Shown: positions 48,804 to 58,627, counted from the stretch's first letter. The stretch is DNA of 64,000 nucleotides from an uncultured bacterium (GCA_963804975.1 CAWDSG010000002.1:53554-117553); one strand, 5' to 3'. Notes: generated by a model from the sequence alone, not told the origin. Numbers and translations: made by a program.

Positions 48804-49637
48804 ATGGGAATCAAATACATAGACATTCACTCTCATTTGGATTTTCCTGACCTGTCTACCGGTCAGGCAGGTTATGGAAAAGATTTTTCAGAAGTCATAC
48901 AAAGAATGCGCGATATGGGTGTGGCGACGATTACAGTTGGCACGGATTTAGAAAGTTCAAAAAAAGCGGTGAGAATTGCCGAGGAAAATGAAAATATTTG
49001 GGCTTGTATTGGCGCTCATCCGACAGAGACGAAAGGATTTGTTTTTAAGGAAAAAGATTTCTCTGAACTTGTTAAAAATCCAAAAGTTGTGGCGATAGGC
49101 GAATGCGGGCTGGATTATTTCAAATTGACCGGCCTGCCTGCCGTTCAGGCAGGAGATATTGAATCAGAAAAAAACCGCCAGAAAAAGGAATTCATAAAGC
49201 AGATTGAGTTTTCAATCAAATATGATAAGTCGCTAATGCTTCATATTCGTGATGCACATGATGATGCGTATGAAATTCTAAAAAAGTATCCTAAAGCCAG
49301 GGGAAATCTGCATTTTTTTACGGGAAATTCAGAATTGGCAAAGAAATTTATCGCGCTTGGATTTACAGTATCTTTTCCGGGTGTTATTACTTTTCCTGGC
49401 CGGACAGGCGCAAATGAAACACAAGAAGCTGTGAAAAATATTCCGCTTGATAAAATGCATGCCGAAACAGATTCTCCTTTTGCCACACCCGTTCCATATC
49501 GTGGAAAGAGAAACGAACCGACCTATGTAATAGAAGTTATCAAAAAAATCGCTGAAATTCGGGGCGAAGACCTTGAAAAAGTTAGAACTCAGCTTCTAGA
49601 AAATGCAAAAAATACATTTGGTCTTAATTTTAAATAA
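48804..49637 (+). CDS. tatD: TatD family DNase
   Basis: DIHSHL, AIGECGLDY, ETDSPF..P.PYRGKRNEP. Confidence 0.93.
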   Translation: MGIKYIDIHSHLDFPDLSTGQAGYGKDFSEVIQRMRDMGVATITVGTDLESSKKAVRIAEENENIWACIGAHPTETKGFVFKEKDFSELVKNPKVVAIGECGLDYFKLTGLPAVQAGDIESEKNRQKKEFIKQIEFSIKYDKSLMLHIRDAHDDAYEILKKYPKARGNLHFFTGNSELAKKFIALGFTVSFPGVITFPGRTGANETQEAVKNIPLDKMHAETDSPFATPVPYRGKRNEPTYVIEVIKKIAEIRGEDLEKVRTQLLENAKNTFGLNFK

Positions 49638-49652
49638 TGCTATATTTTTCTT

Positions 49653-50525
49653 ATGTCAGAACCTAAAACTTTAATTACAAAACCAAGCGCAGATTATGAG
49701 CTGATAGACAGCGGAAACGGGGAAAAGCTTGAACGATACGGAAAATATGTTCTGCAAAGACCTGATCCGCAGGCGCTTTGGGATGAAACTTTACCGGAAA
49801 AAGATTGGAAAGTAGCCGACGCAACCTTTGATGGTGACAGAAAAATTTGGAAAAAGAAAAATGACAGTATGCAAAACGAGTGGCAGATTTCTTTTGGTGA
49901 CCTTAAATTCAACATCAAACCAACAGCTTTCAAGCATACCGGAGTTTTTCCTGAGCAGGAATCCAATTGGAAATGGATTGAAGAAAAAATCAAAAAAGCA
50001 AACAAACCGATAAAAATTTTAAATCTTTTTGGATATACTGGAGGGGCAACTTTGGCGGCACTTTCTGCCGGCGCGGAAGTTACGCATGTTGATAGCTCAA
50101 AATCTTCCATTACTTGGGCGAAAGAAAATGCCGAACTTTCTGGACTAGATAAAAAACCTGTCAGATGGATAATTGACGATGCGAAAAAATTCGTAATAAG
50201 AGAAATAAAGCGAGGGAATAAATATGACGGCATAATAATGGACCCGCCATCTTTTGGCAGGGGCGCAAAAGGTGAGATCTGGAAAATTGAAAACGATCTT
50301 TTACCGCTTCTGAAAGAATGTTCAAAAATACTTTCAGACAACCTAGTTTTTTTCTTGATAAACGGCTATGCAGCGGGATATTCTTCAATCGCGTATTACA
50401 ATGCCCTAAAATCCATAATGGGGAAATATGGAGGCAGTTTTGAATTTGGCGAGCTTGCGATACAAGAATTAGAAGCTGGGCGACTTTTACCTTGTGGAAT
50501 TTTTGCAAGATGGTCACGTAAGTAA
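49653..50525 (+). CDS. SAM-dependent methyltransferase (RlmI/RlmK-like)
   Basis: HTGVFPEQ, LNLFGYTG, MDPPSFG. Confidence 0.85.
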   Translation: MSEPKTLITKPSADYELIDSGNGEKLERYGKYVLQRPDPQALWDETLPEKDWKVADATFDGDRKIWKKKNDSMQNEWQISFGDLKFNIKPTAFKHTGVFPEQESNWKWIEEKIKKANKPIKILNLFGYTGGATLAALSAGAEVTHVDSSKSSITWAKENAELSGLDKKPVRWIIDDAKKFVIREIKRGNKYDGIIMDPPSFGRGAKGEIWKIENDLLPLLKECSKILSDNLVFFLINGYAAGYSSIAYYNALKSIMGKYGGSFEFGELAIQELEAGRLLPCGIFARWSRK

Positions 50526-50569
50526 TTTATGATATAATATAGAAAATTATTAATTTAACAAAAAATAAT

Positions 50570-51352
50570 ATGGAAGAAAAAAAAGTTTGCTGTATGGAAT
50601 GGAAAAATCACAAATGCGCACACATTGCGGTAAGTATTCTTGTAATTCTCATTGCTATTTTTTTGGTCAAGGGAATATTTAATTGCGGCGGCAGAGAAAA
50701 TAAAAATACAGACCAGAATACCATTGTTGTTTCTGGAAAAGGCGAGCTTGCCGTAAAGCCGGATATCGCTACAGTTTCTTTTTCTGTAATGGAAGAAAAT
50801 AAGGATGTCTCATATGCCAGCGATGCCGTGAATACGAAAATTGCAAAAATTATGAGCACTTTGAAAGTGGACGGAGTTGATGAAAAAGACATTAAAACAA
50901 CGGATTACAGCATTTATCCGAGGTATAATTATGTAAACGCGCAAATGTATCCTTACAACGGCACACAGGTGCTTGCAGGGTATGATGTGACACAGAGCAT
51001 TGAAGTGAAGATAAAAGATCTTTCAAAAGCCGGGAAAATAATTACGGATCTTGGAACTCTTAATGTTACGAATATGAGCGGTTTGAATTTTACCGAAGAC
51101 AAGTATGATGATCTGGTAAGGCAAGCGAGGGATGAAGCAATCGCCGATGCGAGAAGCCAAGCGCAAAGTTTGGCGAAATCTCTCGGCGTGAAGCTTGGCA
51201 AAATAGTCAGTTATTCAGAAGGAAGCACCCCGATATATTATGGAATGGGCGTTTCAAATGCTGCACCTATGATGACCAAGAGTGAAGCGGTTTTGCCAAC
51301 AGGAGAGAATAAAATCACCTCGAATGTAAGCGTGACTTATGAAATTAAATAA
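50570..51352 (+). CDS. SIMPL (DUF541) domain protein
   Basis: VSGKGE..VKPDIA, AIADARSQA..LA..LGVKLG. Confidence 0.9.
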   Translation: MEEKKVCCMEWKNHKCAHIAVSILVILIAIFLVKGIFNCGGRENKNTDQNTIVVSGKGELAVKPDIATVSFSVMEENKDVSYASDAVNTKIAKIMSTLKVDGVDEKDIKTTDYSIYPRYNYVNAQMYPYNGTQVLAGYDVTQSIEVKIKDLSKAGKIITDLGTLNVTNMSGLNFTEDKYDDLVRQARDEAIADARSQAQSLAKSLGVKLGKIVSYSEGSTPIYYGMGVSNAAPMMTKSEAVLPTGENKITSNVSVTYEIK

Positions 51353-51480
51353 ACTTTGCGGATAAGCTCAAATGCGAAAGCGGCGCCGCAGGCGCCGCCC
51401 TTGCATTCATTTCTTGTTCTATGGTATCATTCATTTAAGCCCGTTTGGGCGGTTTTTTAAAGAAGGTATAAAAATTCATT

Positions 51481-51663
51481 ATGTCAAAATTATCGGATTA
51501 TATCAGGGATTCAAAAGAAGAAATGAAACACGTGAGTTGGCCGACGCGAAAACAAACATTTATTTTTATGGCGCTTGTCATTATTATTTCAATCGTTGTT
51601 TCTGCATATCTCGGCTTTTTTGATTACATATTCTCTTCAATATTGAAGAGCGTTGTTTTTTAA
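51481..51663 (+). CDS. secE: Preprotein translocase SecE
   Basis: EMKHVSWPTR + TM; precedes nusG. Confidence 0.93.
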   Translation: MSKLSDYIRDSKEEMKHVSWPTRKQTFIFMALVIIISIVVSAYLGFFDYIFSSILKSVVF

Positions 51664-51672
51664 TTAAACGCT

Positions 51673-52221
51673 ATGGCAAAACAAATAATAGAGGAAGGAA
51701 GACATTGGTACGCCATACATACCTACGCCGGCTATGAAAACGCTGTTGCCAGGAATCTGAAGCAAAGGATTGATTCTTTGAATATGAACGACAAGATTTT
51801 CAATGTCGTTGTTCCTGTTGAGAAAAAAATAAAAATAAAGGGAAACAAAAGAGTGGAAGAGGATGAAAAAATATACCCCGGCTATATTTTAGTTGATATG
51901 ATTGTCACCGATGAATCGTGGTTTGTCGTCAGAAATACGCCTCGCGTGACCGGTTTTGTCGGAGCGGGAGTTTATCCGGTTCCTCTTACCCAAAAAGAAG
52001 TGGACTTTTTCCTCGGAAGAATGGAATCCGGCGGATCAGCCAAGCACGTGGTGGATTTTTCTGTGGGCGAATCCGTGAAAATCGTGGACGGCCCGTTCAA
52101 GGATTTGGAAGGCAAGATTTCGGAGATAGACAGCGAAAAAGGCAAGGCAAGAGTCATGGTTTTGATGTTCGGCAGAGAAACATCGGTTGAACTTGATTTG
52201 CTCCAGATTCGCAAGGCATAA
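51673..52221 (+). CDS. nusG: Transcription antitermination factor NusG
   Basis: WYAIHTYAGYE, YPGYILV, KOW domain. Confidence 0.97.
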   Translation: MAKQIIEEGRHWYAIHTYAGYENAVARNLKQRIDSLNMNDKIFNVVVPVEKKIKIKGNKRVEEDEKIYPGYILVDMIVTDESWFVVRNTPRVTGFVGAGVYPVPLTQKEVDFFLGRMESGGSAKHVVDFSVGESVKIVDGPFKDLEGKISEIDSEKGKARVMVLMFGRETSVELDLLQIRKA

Positions 52222-52284
52222 CTTTACTTTTTATCGGTTTCCTGATAATTTAACTTGGCCTCTAAATCAAATAATTAAAAAACT

Positions 52285-52707
52285 ATGGCAAAAAAAATAA
52301 TAAAAAAATTGAAACTTCAAATACCTGCTGGCAAAGCCAATCCTGCTCCGCCGGTTGGCCCGGCTCTTGGCCAGGCAGGCATAAATATCGGAGATTTTGT
52401 CAATAAATTCAACTTAGCCACAAAAAACCAGATTGGCGATATTCTTCCTGTGGTTATTACGGTTTATGAAGACAGATCTTATAATTTTGTACTTAAAACT
52501 CCTCCGACAGCCACCCTTATTTTGAAAGCTTTGGGACTGGAAAAAGGTTCCGGCAATCCGAACACGAAAAAAATCGGCACGCTTACAAAAGCCCAGGTCA
52601 AAGAAATTGCAGAGAGGAAGCTCGTGGATATGAACGCAAACGATATCAATGCCGCCATGAAAATGGTGGAAGGCGCAGCAAAATCAATGGGCGTTGAAGT
52701 GCGATGA
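52285..52707 (+). CDS. rplK: 50S ribosomal protein L11
   Basis: [16 protein letters not shown]. Confidence 0.98.
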   Translation: MAKKIIKKLKLQIPAGKANPAPPVGPALGQAGINIGDFVNKFNLATKNQIGDILPVVITVYEDRSYNFVLKTPPTATLILKALGLEKGSGNPNTKKIGTLTKAQVKEIAERKLVDMNANDINAAMKMVEGAAKSMGVEVR

Positions 52708-52821
52708 CCCGCACTTCAACGGACCTTTTGAGATATTTTTGGAGTATTATGAACAAAAATATCCAAAAGGTGTACTGCTCCTGTAAGGAGTGGATGTAAA
52801 ATAAAACTGTAAAATATATAA

Positions 52822-52860
52822 AAAATAAGGGCGGCAACCGAAGGTTGCCGCCCTTATTTT
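52822..52860. terminator. Intrinsic terminator after rplK
   Basis: 18-bp stem, GAA loop. Confidence 0.7.
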
Positions 52861-52958
52861 AATTTCTCGGTTGACTTTTAAACTTATTTTTGCCAATATC
52901 TGAAATGGAGTTCGGATAAAAATACTTGAAAAAATAATACAAACGGGGAGGCAGAGAG

Positions 52959-53564
52959 ATGAATTTGCCGAAAGGTGCGTTTAAAATCCATCCTGAAAGC
53001 GTAAAATCTTATCTTTCTAAAATTTCAACCGGAAATTGGGGGTTTGTTGCCGGAACAAAAACTTTAGCTGAACTTATGGCTGAAATAGAAAAAGGTGAAA
53101 GTTTTTTGGCAAATGCCGGCAAGCTCGGCGTTGTTCGTATTGTTTCAGCCGTTCAGGTCACTGTCTGCTATCGGAACCTTATTTTGCTGGAGCTCTACCG
53201 TAAAAAGAACGGCAAATTTTCATATCGGCCACTTTGCGCTTCTCTTTCGGAAAAGATTAATCCCGGGGAGAAACCCAAAGAAGCGGTTTTTCGCAGTATT
53301 CGCGAGGAATTGGGTGTTTCAGCCGAAGGCAATTTGGCATCATTAGCATCTTCCAGAAGAAAGACGGAAGTCAATGATTCGGGAAGTTTCCCGGGGCTTA
53401 AAACAATCTACTATTTTTATCCTTTCAAAGTTCGTTTTCGGTCTCGGATATACAAAGCAAAAGGTTATATTACAGATGAAAAAGGACGCATAACTCGTTT
53501 CATATGGTCAACGAGAGAATCAGGGGAAAGTGTCTTTAAAGAAAATTCCTTAGAATCAGTTTGA
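52959..53564 (+). CDS. Nudix-like hydrolase
   Basis: Degenerate Nudix box EKINPGEKPKEAVFRSIREELGV. Confidence 0.7.
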   Translation: MNLPKGAFKIHPESVKSYLSKISTGNWGFVAGTKTLAELMAEIEKGESFLANAGKLGVVRIVSAVQVTVCYRNLILLELYRKKNGKFSYRPLCASLSEKINPGEKPKEAVFRSIREELGVSAEGNLASLASSRRKTEVNDSGSFPGLKTIYYFYPFKVRFRSRIYKAKGYITDEKGRITRFIWSTRESGESVFKENSLESV

Positions 53565-53605
53565 TCGATTTTTAATCAGTGGCGCGCCGAATCGGCCGCC
53601 ACTTT

Positions 53606-54271
53606 TTATATCAAATATTTTTCTATTTCTGCAAACGAAGCCAGCTGCGGGCAATTCGCTTCATCTGTTTTTTCTTTTATATTTACCAAAATGCAATTGA
53701 TGCCAAGATCATTTGGAACGATATAATCACTTGCGATTCTGTCTCCCACATACAAAAATTGCCCAGGTTTGAATTGCGGATATTTTTTCATCCATATTTT
53801 ATAAGATGCGCCATCTGATTTTAACCCATCATTTTTTGTGATGATATTGCTGAATGAATCGGTGCGGAATCCAAGATGTTTCAATTTTAATTTTGTTATT
53901 TTTAAATTTGAACCGGTTACAAGGTCCAGATTATCGTATTTTTCCTTTAATTTCTTAATGATATCCAAGGTTTTTTTGTCAGGGCTGAGAAATTTTGCTA
54001 TATTGGCTTTTTCAAGAGCTGTTTGGACAACTTCTTTAGCGTCTGGGATGCCCAACGCTTCTAAACTTTTTCTTCCGCTAAGCCCAGTGCCGTTTTTATA
54101 CAGATCTTTAAAAAGCTTTTCAGATTCTTTTATGGTTGTTTTTTTGTATTTTGATATTATCTGATATATGTATTTTTGTATGGCAGCATCAATTTCTGGC
54201 GACTTGGGATACAGGGTCTGATCCAAATCAAAGCCGATTACTTTTATATTTTTTTTGTAATCAAATTCCAT
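53606..54271 (-). CDS. HAD-superfamily phosphatase
   Basis: FDLDQTLY, VTGS, K, YVGDRIASD. Confidence 0.88.
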   Translation of the reverse strand: MEFDYKKNIKVIGFDLDQTLYPKSPEIDAAIQKYIYQIISKYKKTTIKESEKLFKDLYKNGTGLSGRKSLEALGIPDAKEVVQTALEKANIAKFLSPDKKTLDIIKKLKEKYDNLDLVTGSNLKITKLKLKHLGFRTDSFSNIITKNDGLKSDGASYKIWMKKYPQFKPGQFLYVGDRIASDYIVPNDLGINCILVNIKEKTDEANCPQLASFAEIEKYLI

Positions 54272-54272
54272 A

Positions 54273-56696
54273 TCAGTTTATATTACCGACATATATTATC
54301 ACAAATTCGCCCAGATCTTTTTTAAGCTCTTTTTTATATTGCGTTATCAGATAATTCACAAGATTCTTGTCGTCATCCATATTTTTTATCTTATGGTTCA
54401 TAAACACTGCGGAAGCATAAATTTTTCCTCCGCAGACATTTGCCTGGAAAAATGCCAGCATATCGGATTGCGGATCCGTTTTTCCGGGAATATATTCGCT
54501 TATTATCGGATTATTATGCTTATCGCCCTTTTTAACAAGATAATCTATGGCTTTTTTGAGTATATTGACCCCGTTGTAATTTTCCAGATTGTCCATGATT
54601 TTATTTTTTGGCCTATCATTATTTTCTTTCGCCTGTTCGGTAAGCATTGCAACCGCATTTTTTGATTTTATTTGGCCGCTTCCTTTCAGATTGTACGGCC
54701 CGCTGTCGTTGTTCACTTCACCGCAGGGTTTGGACGGTTCGGAAAGGATTTTTTTTGTCCTTTGCTCTTCGGACAATAGCAGAATATTCGCCCTGTTTGA
54801 AAACATAAACATATCGCCGGATTTCAGGCCAAGAGCTTCTCTTAAGGGAACTACATAAGCGTCATGCAATCCAAAAACATTTTCCGGATAAGCGTTCACT
54901 ATATTGTGCGCTCTTGCTATATGGAACGAATGCAATTTCCCGTCTTCAACGAAGAATATATCGTGCGTCAAGCATGGATCATGTGAAAATTTCAGTTTTT
55001 TTGTATCGGGATCAACATAAAAAGACATATCTTTTACAGGATCGAATCTTTGGACTATAGTGGCGGAATTTTTATTTTTCAACAGAGTTTTTTTCGTTGT
55101 TCCCATCTGATCAAAGCCGAAATAAGCCCTTGTCCTTTCGCCATAAGTATATGTGCCGTCATTGTCTTTTCTTAATAATTGCTCTTTATAGGCATTTCTC
55201 ACTTCTTCGCCCGTCTGGTCTCCCTGCTTGTATATTTCGGGAAATATTTTTAATGCAGAATCGGCATTTCTATAAATCGCAAGCACCGAAGCCGATCTTG
55301 CGAGCCCTTTCCATTCATCGCCGTGATTTTCGGTCAGGCCTTCGGTATAAACTTTTCGCAATACAGCTTTATGCGCGTCCAAAAACGAATCGCTTTCAAC
55401 GGTAAGAAAAGGAAACCTCGTCTTGTTCGTCTTGAATATGGGAATAAAATCCTGGATGAACGTGTAGCCGAATTTTGACGCTATTCCAGCCCTGCTTACT
55501 TGGATGCCGATATCCAATCTGTGCAGAAAATCCATTTCGTATTTTTCAAATCTGTCCAATTTGGCGATTTCTTCAAGAATGACAGAAACACTGTTTGATA
55601 AAAGCTCAAAAACTTCTTCGCAAGCGTCAAAAGCCAGGCACATGACACGAATGCCTTTTTCATCGCTGTTTATCTTATAGTAATACTTATTATCCATTTT
55701 CAATTTGATCTGATTTTCTATAGGAACTTCTTTTGTGCCGGTTATTTTATTTTCTTTGACGAAAGATTTAACTTTTATATCATTTGACAATTCTATGTTG
55801 GCCCGCCCGAGTTCCGCGCCCAAAACGACCTGGTCAATCAGAGAAAATGAATCTTTTTCTTCACCTAAAAATTTCAAAAGGGTATATCCTATGAGAAAGG
55901 GAATTTCCGATTTTATAAAAATGATTCCTTTTTTGGTTTTTATATCAAGCCGTATGTATTTTCTTTCAGCAACCGATACTCTGAAAGGGCAGTCAAAAGT
56001 TTTATCTTTGCCGGACAATACAATTTTTGGCGGTTCAAGATACCTATATTCCTTCGGATCTATGAATATATCGCCTTTTTTCTTTGTTTTTGCCGAAGCG
56101 ACGGCGGAAATAAGCTTGTTTAAAGAGTCGTAATATATATTTTCTTTTTTATTGATTTCTTCCAGGAGTGAAAGGATTTTCGGGTCGATTTTCGGCCTCA
56201 GCCAATTCAGATAATTTTCCACTATTTTTTTACTTGCCTCATTTTTGTGCATAAATACCGGCAATACGGTAATTTCTTTTTTGAATAATTCTATTATATT
56301 TTTGCTCAGGTTCGGATAGTGAGGGGAGGCGGCAATGCCGTCTTTTATATAATTTCCTCCTTTGCCTTCCACAAATCCATTCTGCATGGCCTGAAGCAAA
56401 TTTGTGCTCGGAGCGAATGTAACGGTTTCTTCGGAAAAAAGTATGAGATATTTCTGGGTCGGATGGGCAAGGCAGTTCAATATCATTCTCTCAACGCCAT
56501 CGCGGTTTACAATAAGCGAGCCAAGCACTGCCACATTTTTCCTGTTGGAACTTTCTATGCTGTTCAGGACTTCTCCGGGAGATGTCGTGTTTGTGCAGAT
56601 GCCGATCAGGCCGTGGTCGCCTTCTTTGGGTGTTAAAAGTATCGCTTCCACCAGCGGAAATTTTGTTTTTATTTTTTTATTCGTGATTTCAGCCAT
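54273..56696 (-). CDS. Multidomain MtrA-like / DUF4346-like x2 / thymidylate-synthase-like protein
   Basis: N-terminal GICT...GVERMILNCLAHP..KYLIL (MtrA-like); LGAELGRA and HRLDIGIQVSRA...FIQD (DUF4346-like); YTYGERTR...DQ...PCL...RAHN....YPEN (TS). Confidence 0.72.
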   Translation of the reverse strand: MAEITNKKIKTKFPLVEAILLTPKEGDHGLIGICTNTTSPGEVLNSIESSNRKNVAVLGSLIVNRDGVERMILNCLAHPTQKYLILFSEETVTFAPSTNLLQAMQNGFVEGKGGNYIKDGIAASPHYPNLSKNIIELFKKEITVLPVFMHKNEASKKIVENYLNWLRPKIDPKILSLLEEINKKENIYYDSLNKLISAVASAKTKKKGDIFIDPKEYRYLEPPKIVLSGKDKTFDCPFRVSVAERKYIRLDIKTKKGIIFIKSEIPFLIGYTLLKFLGEEKDSFSLIDQVVLGAELGRANIELSNDIKVKSFVKENKITGTKEVPIENQIKLKMDNKYYYKINSDEKGIRVMCLAFDACEEVFELLSNSVSVILEEIAKLDRFEKYEMDFLHRLDIGIQVSRAGIASKFGYTFIQDFIPIFKTNKTRFPFLTVESDSFLDAHKAVLRKVYTEGLTENHGDEWKGLARSASVLAIYRNADSALKIFPEIYKQGDQTGEEVRNAYKEQLLRKDNDGTYTYGERTRAYFGFDQMGTTKKTLLKNKNSATIVQRFDPVKDMSFYVDPDTKKLKFSHDPCLTHDIFFVEDGKLHSFHIARAHNIVNAYPENVFGLHDAYVVPLREALGLKSGDMFMFSNRANILLLSEEQRTKKILSEPSKPCGEVNNDSGPYNLKGSGQIKSKNAVAMLTEQAKENNDRPKNKIMDNLENYNGVNILKKAIDYLVKKGDKHNNPIISEYIPGKTDPQSDMLAFFQANVCGGKIYASAVFMNHKIKNMDDDKNLVNYLITQYKKELKKDLGEFVIIYVGNIN

Positions 56697-56709
56697 TTTG
56701 CATTTATTT

Positions 56710-57597
56710 TTATTTCCAGTTTTTGCTGTTCCATGAATTTGGAAGATATTCCGGCATCGTATGCTCGTCCGTTTTATCGGAATTCATAGAAAAACAATAT
56801 ATTTTTGGATTCAAATTGAATTTGGCGGATATTTCCGCGATGAATTGCCGGCAGATGCCGCACATATTGCACGGTTCATCCGCGTATTTTGTTGAAATCA
56901 ATCCTATATGGGTTATTTCCGCATTCTTATCCATTATTGCGGAAAGTATTGCGCACATTTCCGAATGCAGCCCCAATCTTTTGTCCGGGCTTGAATATTG
57001 CCCGGCAAAATACAACGTGCTGTTTTTTGTTATGACAGCCGTGCCATAACCCGAGGCCTTATCTGATGTCGGAAAATTCCTGCTTACGCCTTTTATAGCA
57101 TATTCTTTAAGTTTTTTTATTTTATCTTCTTCATTTTTAACTTTAATATCAACTTTATTCGGGGAAATATCCGAATTTTTCGTCATAGAAAGGATATTTG
57201 GTTTCGGATTGTAATATTCGGCCAGTTTTATCGCATTTTCCGCCGATAAAAGCGTTTTTCCTTCGGAATTTATCATTTCGTACGATATCGGAACGCCGGT
57301 TCTTATAGAATGGTCGATTATTATCTCAACAGTTTGCGGTAAAACCAAAACATCGGCATCAAAATTATCCGAAAGCGTGATTATCTTCTTGATTTTATAA
57401 TCTTTTGCCGAGGAAGCCAGCATCAGGGAAATTTGCTCCGAGCTTATATTCAACAGATGTGTGTCAGAATCCACCGAGCCGGCCGCATAAATATTCCCTT
57501 TATCCGATATGGCTACGGACGATGTTCTTTTGCTGTCTTTTTTTTTGCTGACGCACAAATTCAGGGCATCTTTTAATATTTTTGTATAATCGCGCAT
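56710..57597 (-). CDS. Tandem-domain cytidine deaminase-like protein
   Basis: C-terminal HSE...PCNMCGICRQ; N-terminal copy has SSEQ and no CxxC. Confidence 0.8.
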   Translation of the reverse strand: MRDYTKILKDALNLCVSKKKDSKRTSSVAISDKGNIYAAGSVDSDTHLLNISSEQISLMLASSAKDYKIKKIITLSDNFDADVLVLPQTVEIIIDHSIRTGVPISYEMINSEGKTLLSAENAIKLAEYYNPKPNILSMTKNSDISPNKVDIKVKNEEDKIKKLKEYAIKGVSRNFPTSDKASGYGTAVITKNSTLYFAGQYSSPDKRLGLHSEMCAILSAIMDKNAEITHIGLISTKYADEPCNMCGICRQFIAEISAKFNLNPKIYCFSMNSDKTDEHTMPEYLPNSWNSKNWK

Positions 57598-57600
57598 ATT

Positions 57601-58500
57601 TTAAAATACGTCTATATTGCTTCTCAATCTGCTGATATTCAATTTAGTGTCGCTCCAGTCGTAATGCAGAACTTTCTTTAAAAAGTCATTGAAAAGGTGG
57701 ATCTTGTCCCTTTCGAGCTTAGGATACATTTTTTCCGATCTCTTGCTTGAAAGGCGTATAGTCGGCCTGAAAGGCATTGGGAAAGCGTAATATGGCACGA
57801 GAGAGGTTTCTTTTTGCGGTTCCACAAGGATGACGTTTATCGGTTCGTTGAGATATTCGGTGGCGTAATCTATCCTGTGGCTGCCGTCGCAGACAATGTA
57901 AAAATCAAAAGGACCGGTGTAGGGAACGCCGTAATTTATAATAGGCGCGTTTGAATTGAAAATATCCAAATATTTTATTGCACTTACCTCGTCAATGAAA
58001 AAATTCTGAAGATATCTGTTTGAGATTTTGTGGAGATATTCTTGAGCGTCCTTTACGCAGTATCCGTCAAATTTTTCCACCAGTTTGTCCAAATCCACAT
58101 AGCCGCCTTTCAGATAATAAGTGTGCTTTTCGACGATAGGCGGAATCATATGGTACGAATCTCTTCCTTCCCAGTCATAATTGATTCCCCCTTCCATTTC
58201 ATTGACCCTCATTTTTTCTCCTTTGAGAAATTCATCAACGGTTTTAATTATATCAAGCTGGTTCAAATAGATCGTCGGCTGTGGAGAAAAAAGAATCTCT
58301 CTTTTTTTGCCGTTCTGTATGGTGGGAAAATCGCACATTGATTTCGGCGGATAAACTTTCGTGAGGGAAAATTTTGCATTCGCATACGGCTTTATTTTTT
58401 CTCCTCTTTTGTCGTATATGCCCCGGAACGCCACTTTTCCGAGCACGTTTTTCAGCTCTTCAAAGCTTATTTTATTTTTAAATGTTAATTTGTGTTCCAT
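57601..58500 (-). CDS. ParB/sulfiredoxin-fold protein
   Basis: SPQPTIY, PPIVE, IVCDGSHR, INVILV. Confidence 0.55.
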   Translation of the reverse strand: MEHKLTFKNKISFEELKNVLGKVAFRGIYDKRGEKIKPYANAKFSLTKVYPPKSMCDFPTIQNGKKREILFSPQPTIYLNQLDIIKTVDEFLKGEKMRVNEMEGGINYDWEGRDSYHMIPPIVEKHTYYLKGGYVDLDKLVEKFDGYCVKDAQEYLHKISNRYLQNFFIDEVSAIKYLDIFNSNAPIINYGVPYTGPFDFYIVCDGSHRIDYATEYLNEPINVILVEPQKETSLVPYYAFPMPFRPTIRLSSKRSEKMYPKLERDKIHLFNDFLKKVLHYDWSDTKLNISRLRSNIDVF

Positions 58501-58627
58501 ATTTATCCGGTATTTATTAATAAAATATGATGAAATTTATACTATAATTATATCACTTATTAAGCAAGGGTGCGGATATCGGTTTTTAATGATATTCTAT
58601 GCTAAAGCGCTGTATTTTAATTTAAAA

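Noticed and set aside
51355-51480. Possible tRNA-Trp upstream of secE
   Set aside because: Only a GC hairpin; no cloverleaf or TTCGA T-loop. No tRNA or rRNA was recognised anywhere in the window
54273-56696. Methanogenesis methyltransferase MtrA or canonical thyA label
   Set aside because: No other mtr genes, corrinoid His absent, and TS motifs altered, so no gene symbol was assigned
58361-58627. 89-aa N-terminal extension of dUTPase in the ORF track
   Set aside because: Overlaps the divergent gene and promoter region; the dUTPase fold starts at ATG 58628
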